Positions 1 to 10,955 of a stretch of DNA of 64,000 bases are shown here, piece by piece. The notes below the pieces were generated by a model that searched no databases, was not told where the DNA came from, and was given only the letters and a program-made list of their open reading frames with translations. Each line of letters opens with the position of its first letter. Positions within the stretch are counted from its first letter, which is position 1. The position numbers and the translations under genes are program-made. Origin of the DNA: Novakomyces olei (Eukaryota); NCBI GenBank assembly GCA_016906335.1, contig JADEYG010000009.1:1488001-1552000 (forward strand). Reading direction: 5' to 3'.

Positions 1-1084
1 CTGCGCCCGGATTGTGCACATAGGCAAACTCACCCTTGCGAGGGTCGTAAACCCCACCCTGGGCCCACCTCAGCTTCATTGTGAACCGAGGCCCCAGCTC
101 TTGTAGCCTTGTACCAAGCTCGCTGCCTTTCTCCGCAAACATATACCGGTGCCTCCGAAAAAACAGATAATCGCGCTGGCAGTGAATAGTGACTACCTGC
201 CGGCCTTGGAACTGCGGCTGCTGTGGGAACAGCGTCTGTAAATGCCGTGAAAGAGCCAGGCCTAGCCGTGTACTGAAGTTGTTGAGAATAAGTTCTGGCT
301 TATGGCCCGTAGCACGCCCATGACCAGAAATCTGTGAAGCCAGTTGAATGGACGATAGAGTGAAATAATAAGTGGGCCCGTCCGGAAGGTGAATCAGCGA
401 CAGAGCGTTGACTGCCTTACGATCCTCATTCACTACGATCAAGTCCGTATACCCGCGATTTGCACTAAACCCTGCAATCTCGCGAATAGAATAATCGCCC
501 TTGCGCTTCACAAACTCAGCGTTTGGGAAAGACTCTACCAGCTCTGCCGCAAACTCATAACATGTGCGTGCACAGTTCCGTGAAGTAGTGATCAGTACTC
601 GAGGCGCTCGACCTTCAGTGAAATACTCTGAAAATTGCTCAGTCAGTTTTTCGTCCACCTCAGTATCATCGACCTCTTCCCTCTTGGACTCGATTGTTTG
701 TGGGACATTTGTCGCCCGGCGTTGCTTGGAATTAGTAATGCGCACTGCAAAGGACTGATGAAAGACAAGGCCAACGTTCAAAAGTTTGATAAATGATGAT
801 AGATGTATAAATCAAACAGACATTTACCGAGTAAAAGACTAGAATGAAAGATCTACTGAAAATGGGAAGGAATGGAAATTTGAAACGAACAAGAACAAGA
901 AAAATTAACCAAAAAAATTAACAAAAAAAAAAAAGTTAAAGCATTATCAATCTACCTCGAGCAATTCTGGGTCTTTAGCCTCTGCTTTAGCACGCTCTTT
1001 CCTCAGCAGTAGCCGCTCCCGAACCTTTTTCCGTAATTCTGCTGCTCTTTGCGCTTCGCGCACCATTTTGTTACGCCGTCCCAT
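1..1084 (-). CDS. RPF1: Brix-domain ribosome biogenesis protein Rpf1, 3' end runs off the window
   Basis: Exon 1 1084-956 (MGRRNKMVREAQ...KDPELLE), intron 955-725 (GTAGAT...TACTAAT TCCAAG), exon 2 724-1 with GHGRATGHKPELILNNFSTRLG, QFQGRQVVTIHCQRDYLFFRRHRY and LQELGPRFTMKL, which are Brix/Rpf1 motifs. Missed by the ORF track. Confidence 0.9.
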
Positions 1085-1659
1085 TCTGCATCTAATTCTG
1101 TAGCTCCAACCGAGTCTGATTTATTTTCGGTCAGTAGTCAATCAATATATGATGGCTAAATCCAATTTATGTAAATCCAAACTATGTATTGCAATTCTCA
1201 TACAATGGCCTGGGTCCAATATTGTTGAACTTTGTGTTAAATTTACTAATTCTAGCTACAACCTATATAAATAATTGTATGTGAGTATAGGCTTCATAAG
1301 CAATAGTGTGTATAAGTTGCATAAATAATAATTAGATTTGGCCCATATTTAGATGTATTTCAACATATTCCACAAATATTATCAGCTACATTATAAAGTC
1401 TGAATAATAAATGGTGGAAAATCGTCGTTACTAATTCCTGGTAACAAGTCCAATACTTGAGAATTCCACTATATAATAATTCTGTTGGCGACCAAAGGCT
1501 GACAAGGCAAACAAGTCATAAAGCACAAATAAATCCCTACTGCCTCGTGCTTTAAGCGGCAAGCAGGTTCAGTCCGGAGCAATTCTCTTCAAATAAGCTT
1601 TCTGCTATTGCAATTGCAATTGCTCTCTTGAAACATTTTCATTGAGACTAACATTAGTC

Positions 1660-2247
1660 ATGGCGGAGCCAGGTATGAGCTGGCTAAAGACCGCGACTTG
1701 CCGGATCTTTTTATTCCTGTATCTCCAACTAACCAAATGCGTGTCAGTGCAAATTGCTTCGCAGGAAGAAATGTACCGTGAGCGGATACCCCTCACGTAC
1801 CGCGACAGCTGTGCTCATATTTTGATCCCACTCAATAAGGTTCGAAAGTTTGGCTCTATCTCTACTAACTACGATAGTGCCGTCAGGAAACTTGCTACGC
1901 ACCATGGAAGTGCCTTGATCTGAAGCATTGTATGGTTTGTTTTGGATATCTTTTTAATTGCGTTTTTAATTCGTCTCGTATCGTCGATGAGGTCATTTAA
2001 ATGTTTCGTTTCTTTATCCATTCATTCGTTTATTTTTATTCATTCATTCATTTATCAAATTCTTTGTTTTTTCTTCTTCTTTTCAATTAGTTGCGGTCAC
2101 TCTTTCTCCTGCAATTGGGTTTTTGCTGCTTTTGCCTTATTTTTTAGCATTTACTGATGTTCAGCTTATGAGGTTTGCCAATACAAAGATTTCTTGCGGC
2201 GCATGGAACTGCTCAAGCAGCGAAAGGCGGAGGCCGCGGAGGAATAG
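1660..2247 (+). CDS. NDUFB7: NADH:ubiquinone oxidoreductase B18 subunit (NDUFB7/NB8M), 4 exons
   Basis: Spliced product MAEPVQIASQEEMYRERIPLTYRDSCAHILIPLNKCRQETCYAPWKCLDLKHSYEVCQYKDFLRRMELLKQRKAEAAEE, with a twin CX9C pattern and the YRDSCAHxLIPLNKC signature. Confidence 0.9.
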
Positions 2248-2833
2248 AGCAAGCTTTGTGTCATTTAAATACAGGCCTGTCATCATAACCAGCAGTAATA
2301 TGAGACATACAAAACTTAACATCTCTTCCCATTTATTCCCTCGTTACATTTCCTAACACTACAGTAGCAGCAATTGCTGACCTACCATCCCAATTCATAC
2401 CCAAACCCGTTCGCTAGCATTAATGTAGGGCGTGCATTGGACTTGACGCCCTGTAAATCAATAAACCATTCTTCATTTACGTACATTAATTGCAAAATGG
2501 ATGACATATATATAAGTGTATATATAAATATGGATATAAATATAAATACAAATCGTCCAGACGATATCAAGACCATCTATTGATAAAACGAACAAAAAAG
2601 CCAACATCTAAGTTCAAATGGGTACACAAACCTTCAGATTATACCAACCTCATGTTTATCCCCATGTTTTAACATATAATTCGCTATGCCTATTCATAGA
2701 CTCTTTCATAGTGTAAAAATTGAAATAACATGAAATAAAACAAAATAAAATAATGTAAAATAACAAATAATAATAAATAATAAAGAAAATAGAATGAAAA
2801 TAGATAAAAAAGGCGTGATGGACAAAGCCGCGT

Positions 2834-5570
2834 TCAGCAGAACGATCCGAGCAGACTGGCAGCCAGCTCACGGTCAGACCCGGTGGTGATCTTTTGCAAA
2901 GCCTGTAATAAATCGTAATTAATACGCGGCGTAACCCGGCTGTCGAACGCATAGTCCTTGTGTCCTCGCACAAAGTCTCGGATCCATGTAGCTGTGGTCG
3001 GGATAGACCCAGCCGCACGCTTGGAGACAAGGTCAATGTACCGCAGCAGCTCGCAGCGAGTCTGCACTTGTATTTCTGCCGAGTTCAAGTAGCTTGTGAC
3101 TACAGTCGCGAGCCCGGGAAATCCATCACGAGTATTCCGCTGCCCATTGATAATCTCGTCACAAGTCATCTCGATAAACTCTCCATCGCCAACGAAACGG
3201 GGCCCCTCTCCATCAGCGGATGCGTTGGTACCGTCTCTAATTCCACCGTGAGCTTGGGCAGTATCGGCATTTGGCTCAGTATTTCCAGCATTACTGTCTG
3301 CGCTGTGGTCTGTACCATCGGTCCGAGGCTCCACGCTGGTCTGTCGGCTAGTCGAATTGCTGTGTCCGTCTGCTTGAGCGGACGCTGGGCGCTGATTGGG
3401 AAATATATTCTTCCTGAACCAAAACTTTGTCCTCGTACAGGCTCCACGATAATGCCCTCGGCGCATGTTCTCGTCCACCAAAGAAATAGGCATATAAAGC
3501 CGCAGTCTGAAGGAGAGTATTGCCCGGGTGAGCATAACAACAAACACGGAATAAGCGGCATTTTCAAAATCTGTTATTTGGACTTCCATAGTCCTAAACT
3601 CTACTCGCCAGCCAATAGGCGATCCTGGTGGAGGAGGCTTGAACCGGACAGATTGCCAGTTTGAAGTATTGATGCTCTCAAAATGATCGGCCGAATTCTC
3701 ATCATCCTGCTCTAGTAAATCAGAGAAAACAACGAGCGGGTCCCGGATAAAGAGATGGCCGATATGGTTCGCCATCATTTCGTCTATTCCATTAGCCATG
3801 AGCCTCTGCTTGACAGCCGCATTGACCTCGAGGGGAACGTCATTGTACACGGCTACACTGCTGCCATCCTCATCATCTTCACTAATATACGCAGAGATAC
3901 TGTCGTACCTCGACTTTGCTATTCGCTTCCTCTCTTCCGGAGGACGGTCATCAACTGCCTGCGAAACTACGTTCCATCTGCAATCCTGGTCCGCTAAATA
4001 CCCCCGAAAAACTGCACTCGCTGCAGTTACTGCCATCATTATCGGCGCTACAGGGACGAGTTGGTCAAACATTGATCTGGCCTCGGCCAAGTCTTTGGTC
4101 TGGAAGGTTACTTGCAAACAGCAGCAGCCCATCCCGAAGCCCATTCCGTCCATGTATATCTGATTGGGCAACGCTGCTCCCTCACGAGCATTCGCGTCCT
4201 CCGGGAACAAATTGCGGTGCAGCGGAATCGTTGGGTCAATGAACGGCTGTGGAGTGTTTCTGTCCACATATATGGGGATGTTTATAGCCACTTTTTCTCC
4301 ACGTCGGGACCTTATGTTTGACGTCAGTGTGGGGAAACGTACATGAGGGTTTATAATCTCGTCCGGCAAGAAAAGACTGCGCGACGCAGCGCCATTTGGC
4401 TCGTAGTGAGGGTCGCAAAAGTCGCCAACTCCGAGAAGCGGGAAACTTGTGATTGTCATTGGAAACTCGTTTGGTTTCATGTGTTGAGAGGCGATTTTGC
4501 GTCTGTGCATTAGATTGGGAAATAAAACGATAACTTTGGATAATTGAAAAGACGACACAAAATAAAGATGAATTATATATCATATAAAAAGAGATAGAGT
4601 ATTATGATAATCATGAAATGAGAAAAGAAATAGCATTGAATGATTGAAATAAGCATAACCATAATCATAATCAAATTGAAATACAATTGTAATTATTCTT
4701 CATGGCAGACCCAAAAACGTAACAATTAAATGGTCAAACGAAAAATTTAATTTTTTTCAAAGCATTCCCAGCACATGTACGCGCACATTGTCTTGGAAAT
4801 GATAGCATAGAAGCACGTAAGTTTGTACACAAACACAACACGAATACAAATTGGGTGTTTATAACAAGCAAAATTCCCAGCGAAAAAAGTGTACTCGACA
4901 CAATTCTTACCTCCACTGCATATCTCGCTCGACCTTCAATAGATCCTCGAAACGACTGCCAAAAGGGGCGCCTGGGGTCGATTCCAGCATGAACCGGCCA
5001 TACTCTGGATGAAAAGTGGGCAGCGCTCCGGAGCTACTGATTTAGCAATGTTATAGCCCGATGATGGAGAACAAAGAGAGCATATGATTGAAAATAGGAA
5101 TAAAAAATAAAAAATAAAGGTAAATGAAGACATGTTAAAAGTGGTAGATCTAGCACAAGAAAATGAATCTTCCTCACCTTGAACTGGAGTCATCTAGAAA
5201 GGGAACACATCCGCCCTGACGGCTCAGTGCCTCGTCCTGTGCTAAAGCCGCCAGGATCTCTGCTTGGCGCAGCGATACTCGAGCCACATGATGCTCGTCA
5301 TCAAACGAGACAACAATATACTCCACCTGAACATTAGAATTTACGGCATTTATGAATACTGCAATTTACCTCGTCGCCCCACAACAGAATATCACCCTCT
5401 TTGCCTTTTGCGTTTTTCCAAATATTCAAGAATTGCTAATAATTAATTTAAATCCGTCTAATGCTTTCTCGTTGTTTCCTTCGTACCGTTATTCCATGCT
5501 CGCGCACATACTCGCCCAAGCGCTGCGTAGAAGGCCAGTCCAGCGGCTTACCCAGCACTAAAAGACCCAT
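2834..5570 (-). CDS. GSH1: Glutamate-cysteine ligase catalytic subunit, 5 exons
   Basis: Start MGLLVLGKPLDW at 5570; LLWGDE/VEY; FHPEYGRFMLESTPG; IYMDGMGFGMGCCCLQVTFQ; NWQSVRFKPPP; GWRVEFR. Four GT-AG introns join these in frame. Confidence 0.96.
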
Positions 5571-5895
5571 AGATCAGTAATTGCCGTTGCCGCTGCTGTT
5601 GCCTTTGCCGCGCTTCACTCGCTCTGGTTTGAAAAAATTCCGGGTTTTTCCTTACGAACTATTAATTGATTATTGTGTAGGAAAAATGTGTAATAGCGTA
5701 ATCGGAGACCTGATTTTCAATCGAGTTTTTTACACCACAATAGAAAAAATAATAATTTATTACTATATTTATCATCATCATTTTATATATATTGTTATTA
5801 TATATATTGTTATTGTTATTATATATTGTTATTATTTATTATTATTAAAAGGCCTAATTACGCCAACGCTTATGGGAAGAAAACAAGATAGGCTC

Positions 5896-5907
5896 AATTA
5901 CGTAATT
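5896..5907. promoter_or_regulatory. Palindromic bZIP (Yap1/Pap1-type) element AATTACGTAATT upstream of GSH1
   Basis: Perfect 12-bp palindrome with a TTACGTAA core, about 330 bp upstream of the GSH1 ATG. Confidence 0.45.
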
Positions 5908-6939
5908 TTGCAGAAATTCAGAAGCAACCAGCTAAAATTATAAAATAGAAGGCAGAGATGATTCGGTTTAGTCCTGTTGATTTGGCTCCGTTAAAATCAA
6001 TGCAGTTGAAACTAGGTTTCCTGCAAAATTGGCACTGAAATATGTTTTGTCTGTTGACTGCATTAGATTTGCCCCAACACGTAAATTCGCTTCGGCAATC
6101 AAGCGAATTGTACACTCCAATGTTTCAAAACAAATTTACAGGAACGGTGATAAAGGCTCATTGTGCTTGTACCTACATGGAATTACAGCTTGTTTAATTA
6201 ATTGATGTAGGTAAATGGCGTTTTAGCAAGAACGTTCTAGTGTTGTTAAAGGCAGCAAGCGCCTATCAAGATTGTAACCCTTCGGCAATTAATCTTGTCA
6301 GGAAAGGTGCAAGCAAGTTTTACAATAGCAATAAATAACACTTTTCATAAGTCATAAATTGAATGTACTAGTATTCGCGTCTGTGCTTCACTGTAGTATT
6401 GTAAATAATGAATTATAGAGCATTAAATACAAACGTTGTCAGGATTGATGATGGATGAGACTCGCATTACAATTTCAATTTACACGCGCCTTGAAGTATG
6501 TCGTCGCTCATCAAAGCCAATGAGCCCTCGTCTAAAAAAGCCTTTATATCCATCCCATTACTAGACAGGGCGAGCTAGACAGGGCGAGCATCGACAGTAT
6601 GTGCACATAGCACTACTCGCTTTACATCCCCAAACGATGATCTTCTAGGAACAAGTAACACTACTGTCTGATTCCCCATAATCGTCTTCATCGGCAATTG
6701 CTGTTAAAACCCCACATTCCATATTTTCCATGCCGTGTCGAAGGCTTAATTCAAATTGAGGATAAACGACTCGGATATTGATGCTAAACGCTTTCTTTTG
6801 CTGATTGCTCTATTTTTAAACGGCTTCGAATTTTGACTTTGGACAAGGATTTGTGTAAGACTGGCTTATGATTGGCATGCTTATGATTGACAATAGCGGC
6901 TTACTTTTGGTCTCACGCGCTCGATTTTGCTCCTAGACT

Positions 6940-8548
6940 ATGCCTATTGCACGGAAACCTTGGGCCTTAGTAGGGCGGTTCGGTGTACAGTGGCATCGCT
7001 GTGCATCGAGGTTTGCTCGTTTCAACGTCCGCGACCCATTGAATATCGAGTCTCTACTGACTGAAGAAGAAATTGCTATCAGGTATGATGTATTTTCTGC
7101 TAAATTTGATCGGTTTTATGGTAGACGTTGCATATGCTTATCGTCAGGGACACAACAAACCGATTTTGCCAAGATGAACTACAGCCTGGTATAGAGACTA
7201 AGTGGGAGAATGGAGGTGAGTGCAATTAATCTACAATTTTATGACAAAGGAAACAAAAGCTTTGAACATGGATGCAAGGCTCTCTCTTTACTTTGTAATA
7301 AATTTTTTATCAAGTTTGCTCTGTCCTTTTCTCTTGGTATTCCTTTTTCTTTGCCTTTTCCATATCTCCATCTTCCAATCATTTGTATCCATTATCTGTA
7401 TTTTATTAATTAATGCCAAGCGTTTGATCCATCCATACTTCGCCGATTCGGAGAGCTGAATTTGCTGGGGGCAACTATTTCCGGGTACGGATGTGCCGGC
7501 GTATCTTCCGTGGCTTATGGCTTGATTGCACGGGAAGTAGAACGTGTTGATTCCGGTTACCGATCGGCCATATCTGTCCAGTCCTCACTAGTAATGCACC
7601 CGATCGCGGAATTTGGTAGTGAGACGCTCAAAACCTCCTACTTACCCCGCCTTGCAAAGGCTGAGCTGATTGGCTGCTTTGGCCTAACAGAACCGGATCA
7701 CGGAAGTGATCCCGGTGCTATGGAGACAGTGGCGCATGAGGTCGGAGACGGTGAATTTGCTCTCCATGGAGCCAAAACATGGATTACGAACGCATCTATT
7801 GCCGATGTCTTTGTTGTATGGGCCCGTTGTTCTTGGGACAAGAAAATCCGGGGGTTCCTGGTTGATCGGAGCAGACCAAATAAAGGAGCGGGTCAAATTG
7901 AAACTCCGGAAATTAAGCATAAAACGGGGTTACGAGCAAGTACGACTGGATCCATTTTCCTTGACGGAGTTCGCGTCCCGCAAGATCATTTGCTGGATCA
8001 CCATGGCACTGGAAGCGGACTGAAAGCCGCTTTTTCCTGTCTGAATAATGCACGCTACGGAATTGCATGGGGCGTAATGGGAGCTCTGGAAGACTGCTTA
8101 GAAAGAGCCACTGATTATGCACTTGAGCGAGAGCAGTTTGGTCGACCCTTGGCTGCTCGACAATTGGTACAAAAAAAACTGGCTGATGCTCTTACAGACA
8201 ATGCCTTTGGTGTCTTGGCGGCTCTGCAAGTTGGACGTCTAAAAGACGTTGGGCAGATGGCGCCCGAGATGATTAGTATGGTGAAACGACAAAATTGTGA
8301 TCGCGCTTTAGCCGGTGCAAGAACTCTGATGGAGATATTTGGTGGTAATGGAACGAGTTTGGAGTACCAGATTGGCCGTCACGCGGCCAATCTACACGTC
8401 GTTCAGGTATTAATGACTCTTATTTTTTAACTCTTCAAAGATGTTTAATGCCTAAATGTGACAACTAATATCGCAGACATACGAGGGGCAGAGTGATATA
8501 CACGGTCTTATTCTGGGGCGAGCAATCACGGGCCAGAATGCGTTTTAA
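6940..8548 (+). CDS. GCDH: Mitochondrial glutaryl-CoA dehydrogenase, 4 exons
   Basis: Arg-rich presequence, then [63 protein letters not shown]; last exon [19 protein letters not shown] with TAA at 8546-8548. Confidence 0.95.
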
Positions 8549-9289
8549 AACGGCCAGTTTTCCATGATGATTATGGTGAAATGGGCTAAAAGTACAGCAA
8601 AATTAAGGTCGCTCCTAGACCTATGAAAATTACAGTGCAGATAGTCGTGGATTAATCAAGTCTTGCATAATAATTTGTGAAACGTATCTCGTACTGCCTT
8701 ACTTGTAGAAGACGCACACATGGCCAAGGTACCGGGTCCATACCTTTCTCCGGGAGCAATTTGCGCTTTACTCAGCCGTTTACACGCCTGTGGGGGTTGC
8801 TCACGAGCTACGTCATTGACCTGGTGTGGAAGTTCAAGCTTGATTGTAAAGTATGGCAGGAATTTGACGGTGCTGGGCAAATTTTACGTTTCAACGTTCA
8901 CGGAAAATACAAGCAAATGCAAGTTTTTGCTTATTTCCTGCAAAATTGGGGCAAATTATGGTGTTTAATGGCACTGCTTTGACATTTCTCTTTGCATTCT
9001 ATCACAGTGGTAGGGTATATATATTTTGCAATTACGTTTGGGTTGCGTTTTGCGTCATTTATGATTGTTTAGCGTAACGTGTCTATGCTATTAACGTGTT
9101 CTTCTACAATGCTAATACTGCTAATAGAACATGATGTATTGACGTCAATGGTCTATCTTTGCCGGAGCAACAGCACTGTACGGGCGTTGCTGGATCTGCT
9201 GCCATTGTGCAAATCCTTTTGCGCATCGAGTTCGACGAAGTGTTTTGTGATTTCCGGGTAGCCGTATGCAACACCGATAGATTGGCATC

Positions 9290-10720
9290 TAAATTATCGC
9301 CACGGCTATTCGTGCGACCATGGATATCCGTAAATTCGAACCTCCTGTAAAGGAAATTGTTGTGCAGGCGTATCTCACGCCATTAGCCGTACTTTTAGCG
9401 TCTCCTCTGGCATCAGTGCTGGGGCAGTCGTTTCTTCCGATATCGCTACTGCATAACGCCTCTGAGTAATTTTCATGTCTGCTAGAACTCACGATAGATC
9501 TATTCAATTGACCCTGTGTGAACATTGTCGCCGTTCAAATTGGCAGTGTTAGCGTGTATTATGAATCAATATAAAAGAAGCAGAATAACAAATCAATGAA
9601 GTGAAATCTTTGTAACGAGTACCTGATAAGTCGTTTTTTAAAACAATAAAAAGCCCCTGAATCCCGTTAATTCCAAATCAAATTGTTGAGGAGAAGATTT
9701 AGAAAATGACAATGTGCCGACAAAACTTCTGCTGGTCCATGATGAACTTGATGGCACCATGAACCATTAGAAGGAATGTCGGCTTTGTCGATTGTCAAAA
9801 TCGAAAGTGATGACTGGCAACTAATGGAGACCATGCAGCACTGTACTTGTCCAAAACACGAACGTGTAATAGCCATTGGAGAAAGCCAGGGGGCCACAAG
9901 CGATAGAGTCCTGCCTGAAGTACTAAGTAGGCGGTGTCCCACCAAGACGCTGAACAGTCCATAGCACTCACCACCATGACAGCACAACCACCAGGTTTGA
10001 GAGCTTCCAAGCGAGCCATTATCGCTGCGAAGTTGAAACAAGGGTTATGCCGGACACAGCAGATATGGAAAAGACAGTGGGTCAAGGAAAATCGTGTCCC
10101 AAAAGTCCGTCGAACTCACCTCTCAAACTTCAATCTGCCACCAACATACTTCAGTGGAAAACTAGCCCCTGTCCCCAATAAAATTGAGCGGAATATGGTC
10201 CGAGCCTGAAGCATGCAGTCCCAGAGGAGGGGGCCACTGCCCCAAGATATTGCAGGGAGATCCACAAATAACCTCACAAATCCCATACGAGACAGCAGCC
10301 TTCCCCTGGTTATGAACATTCCACCAAGCGGAATACTAGCCTCTACCCTCAGTCCAGGATGTTATCCCTGAGTGGAGCAGGGCCCAGCAAAGAGGGGGGT
10401 GGTCCGGTCCTCGGGATCTTGGAAGATGAGGATTCAAGAGTGCGAAAGCGCCTTGCTTTATACCCTCAGGAAAGGGCCTCAATTTGACAGCGAGCACAAA
10501 AGCATTCAAATGCCTCAACTTCGATTACCAAAGTAGGACCTGTGCTCGAAAACGTACCAAGGGCGATCCTGTTTTCGTTACGATTAGCCTGTTTGGGTTA
10601 TATGGGGGACATTATTCTACATTCTTATTGGTCAGAATATATTGGCTGGACACGTTTTCGTGTCTATTCTACCGAAACAAGTAACAGGCTTTACTTGCTA
10701 GTCATGTTTCTGTGATATAC
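9290..10720 (-). ncRNA. Putative non-coding spliced host transcript of the intronic RNA (ends approximate)
   Basis: Introns 10694-10569 (GTAAAG/GCTAAT/CAG), 10557-9657 and 9622-9514 (GTACTC/GCTAAC/CAG), with internal exons of 11 and 34 nt. The spliced ORF from the exon 1 ATG is only 21 codons. Confidence 0.45.
9710..10548 (-). ncRNA. Putative about 840-nt highly structured intronic RNA ending in a hairpin plus ACA box (giant H/ACA-like RNA)
   Basis: G+U-rich minus strand with many nested stems and no credible ORF. Terminal hairpin GCCGACA...UGUCGGC is followed by ACA (9715-9713) and 3 nt. It lies inside a GTACGT (10557) ... ATTAAC ... CAG (9657) intron. Confidence 0.6.
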
Positions 10721-10955
10721 TGCATAAATGAATAACTATTCAGTGTTATGTAAGTACGATTGTTTTCAGGATTTGCTTCCTTTTGAGATTGCAGTCGCGC
10801 TTTTGTGACTCTTGGTCCGAAAGCACGATTGCAAAAACGGTGTCAGAAATTGAAATTGAACCAAAGTCTGAGGCAATTATTTGTATACATATTTGTTCTC
10901 TATTTATTACTTATATGTTTCTAGAGTATATAATTGTCTAATTTCGCCGATTTCC

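Noticed and set aside
2960-4346. Long antisense and overlapping ORFs over GSH1 (likewise over ATG2, PRP6 and ABCA)
   Set aside because: Shadow frames of GC-rich coding sequence.
9716-9783. snR30/U17 identity (ACAUUCCU resembles m1 AUAUUCCU)
   Set aside because: The invariant m2 motif AAACCAU upstream of ACA is absent.
10035-10052. Telomerase RNA identity for the giant RNA (AUAACCCU just 3' of a helix)
   Set aside because: Only 7 nt match a TTAGGG template with 1 nt of terminal redundancy; no U/A-rich pseudoknot or clean P6.1 was seen. Unlikely, but not formally excluded without the telomere sequence.
9667-10536. Short ORFs, a TGA-readthrough ORF, or a LINE/viral relic (GSDHIPL, LLVHDELD fragments)
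   Set aside because: Isolated motifs bounded by stops, with no RT, RdRp or endonuclease context. RNA pairing explains the region better.
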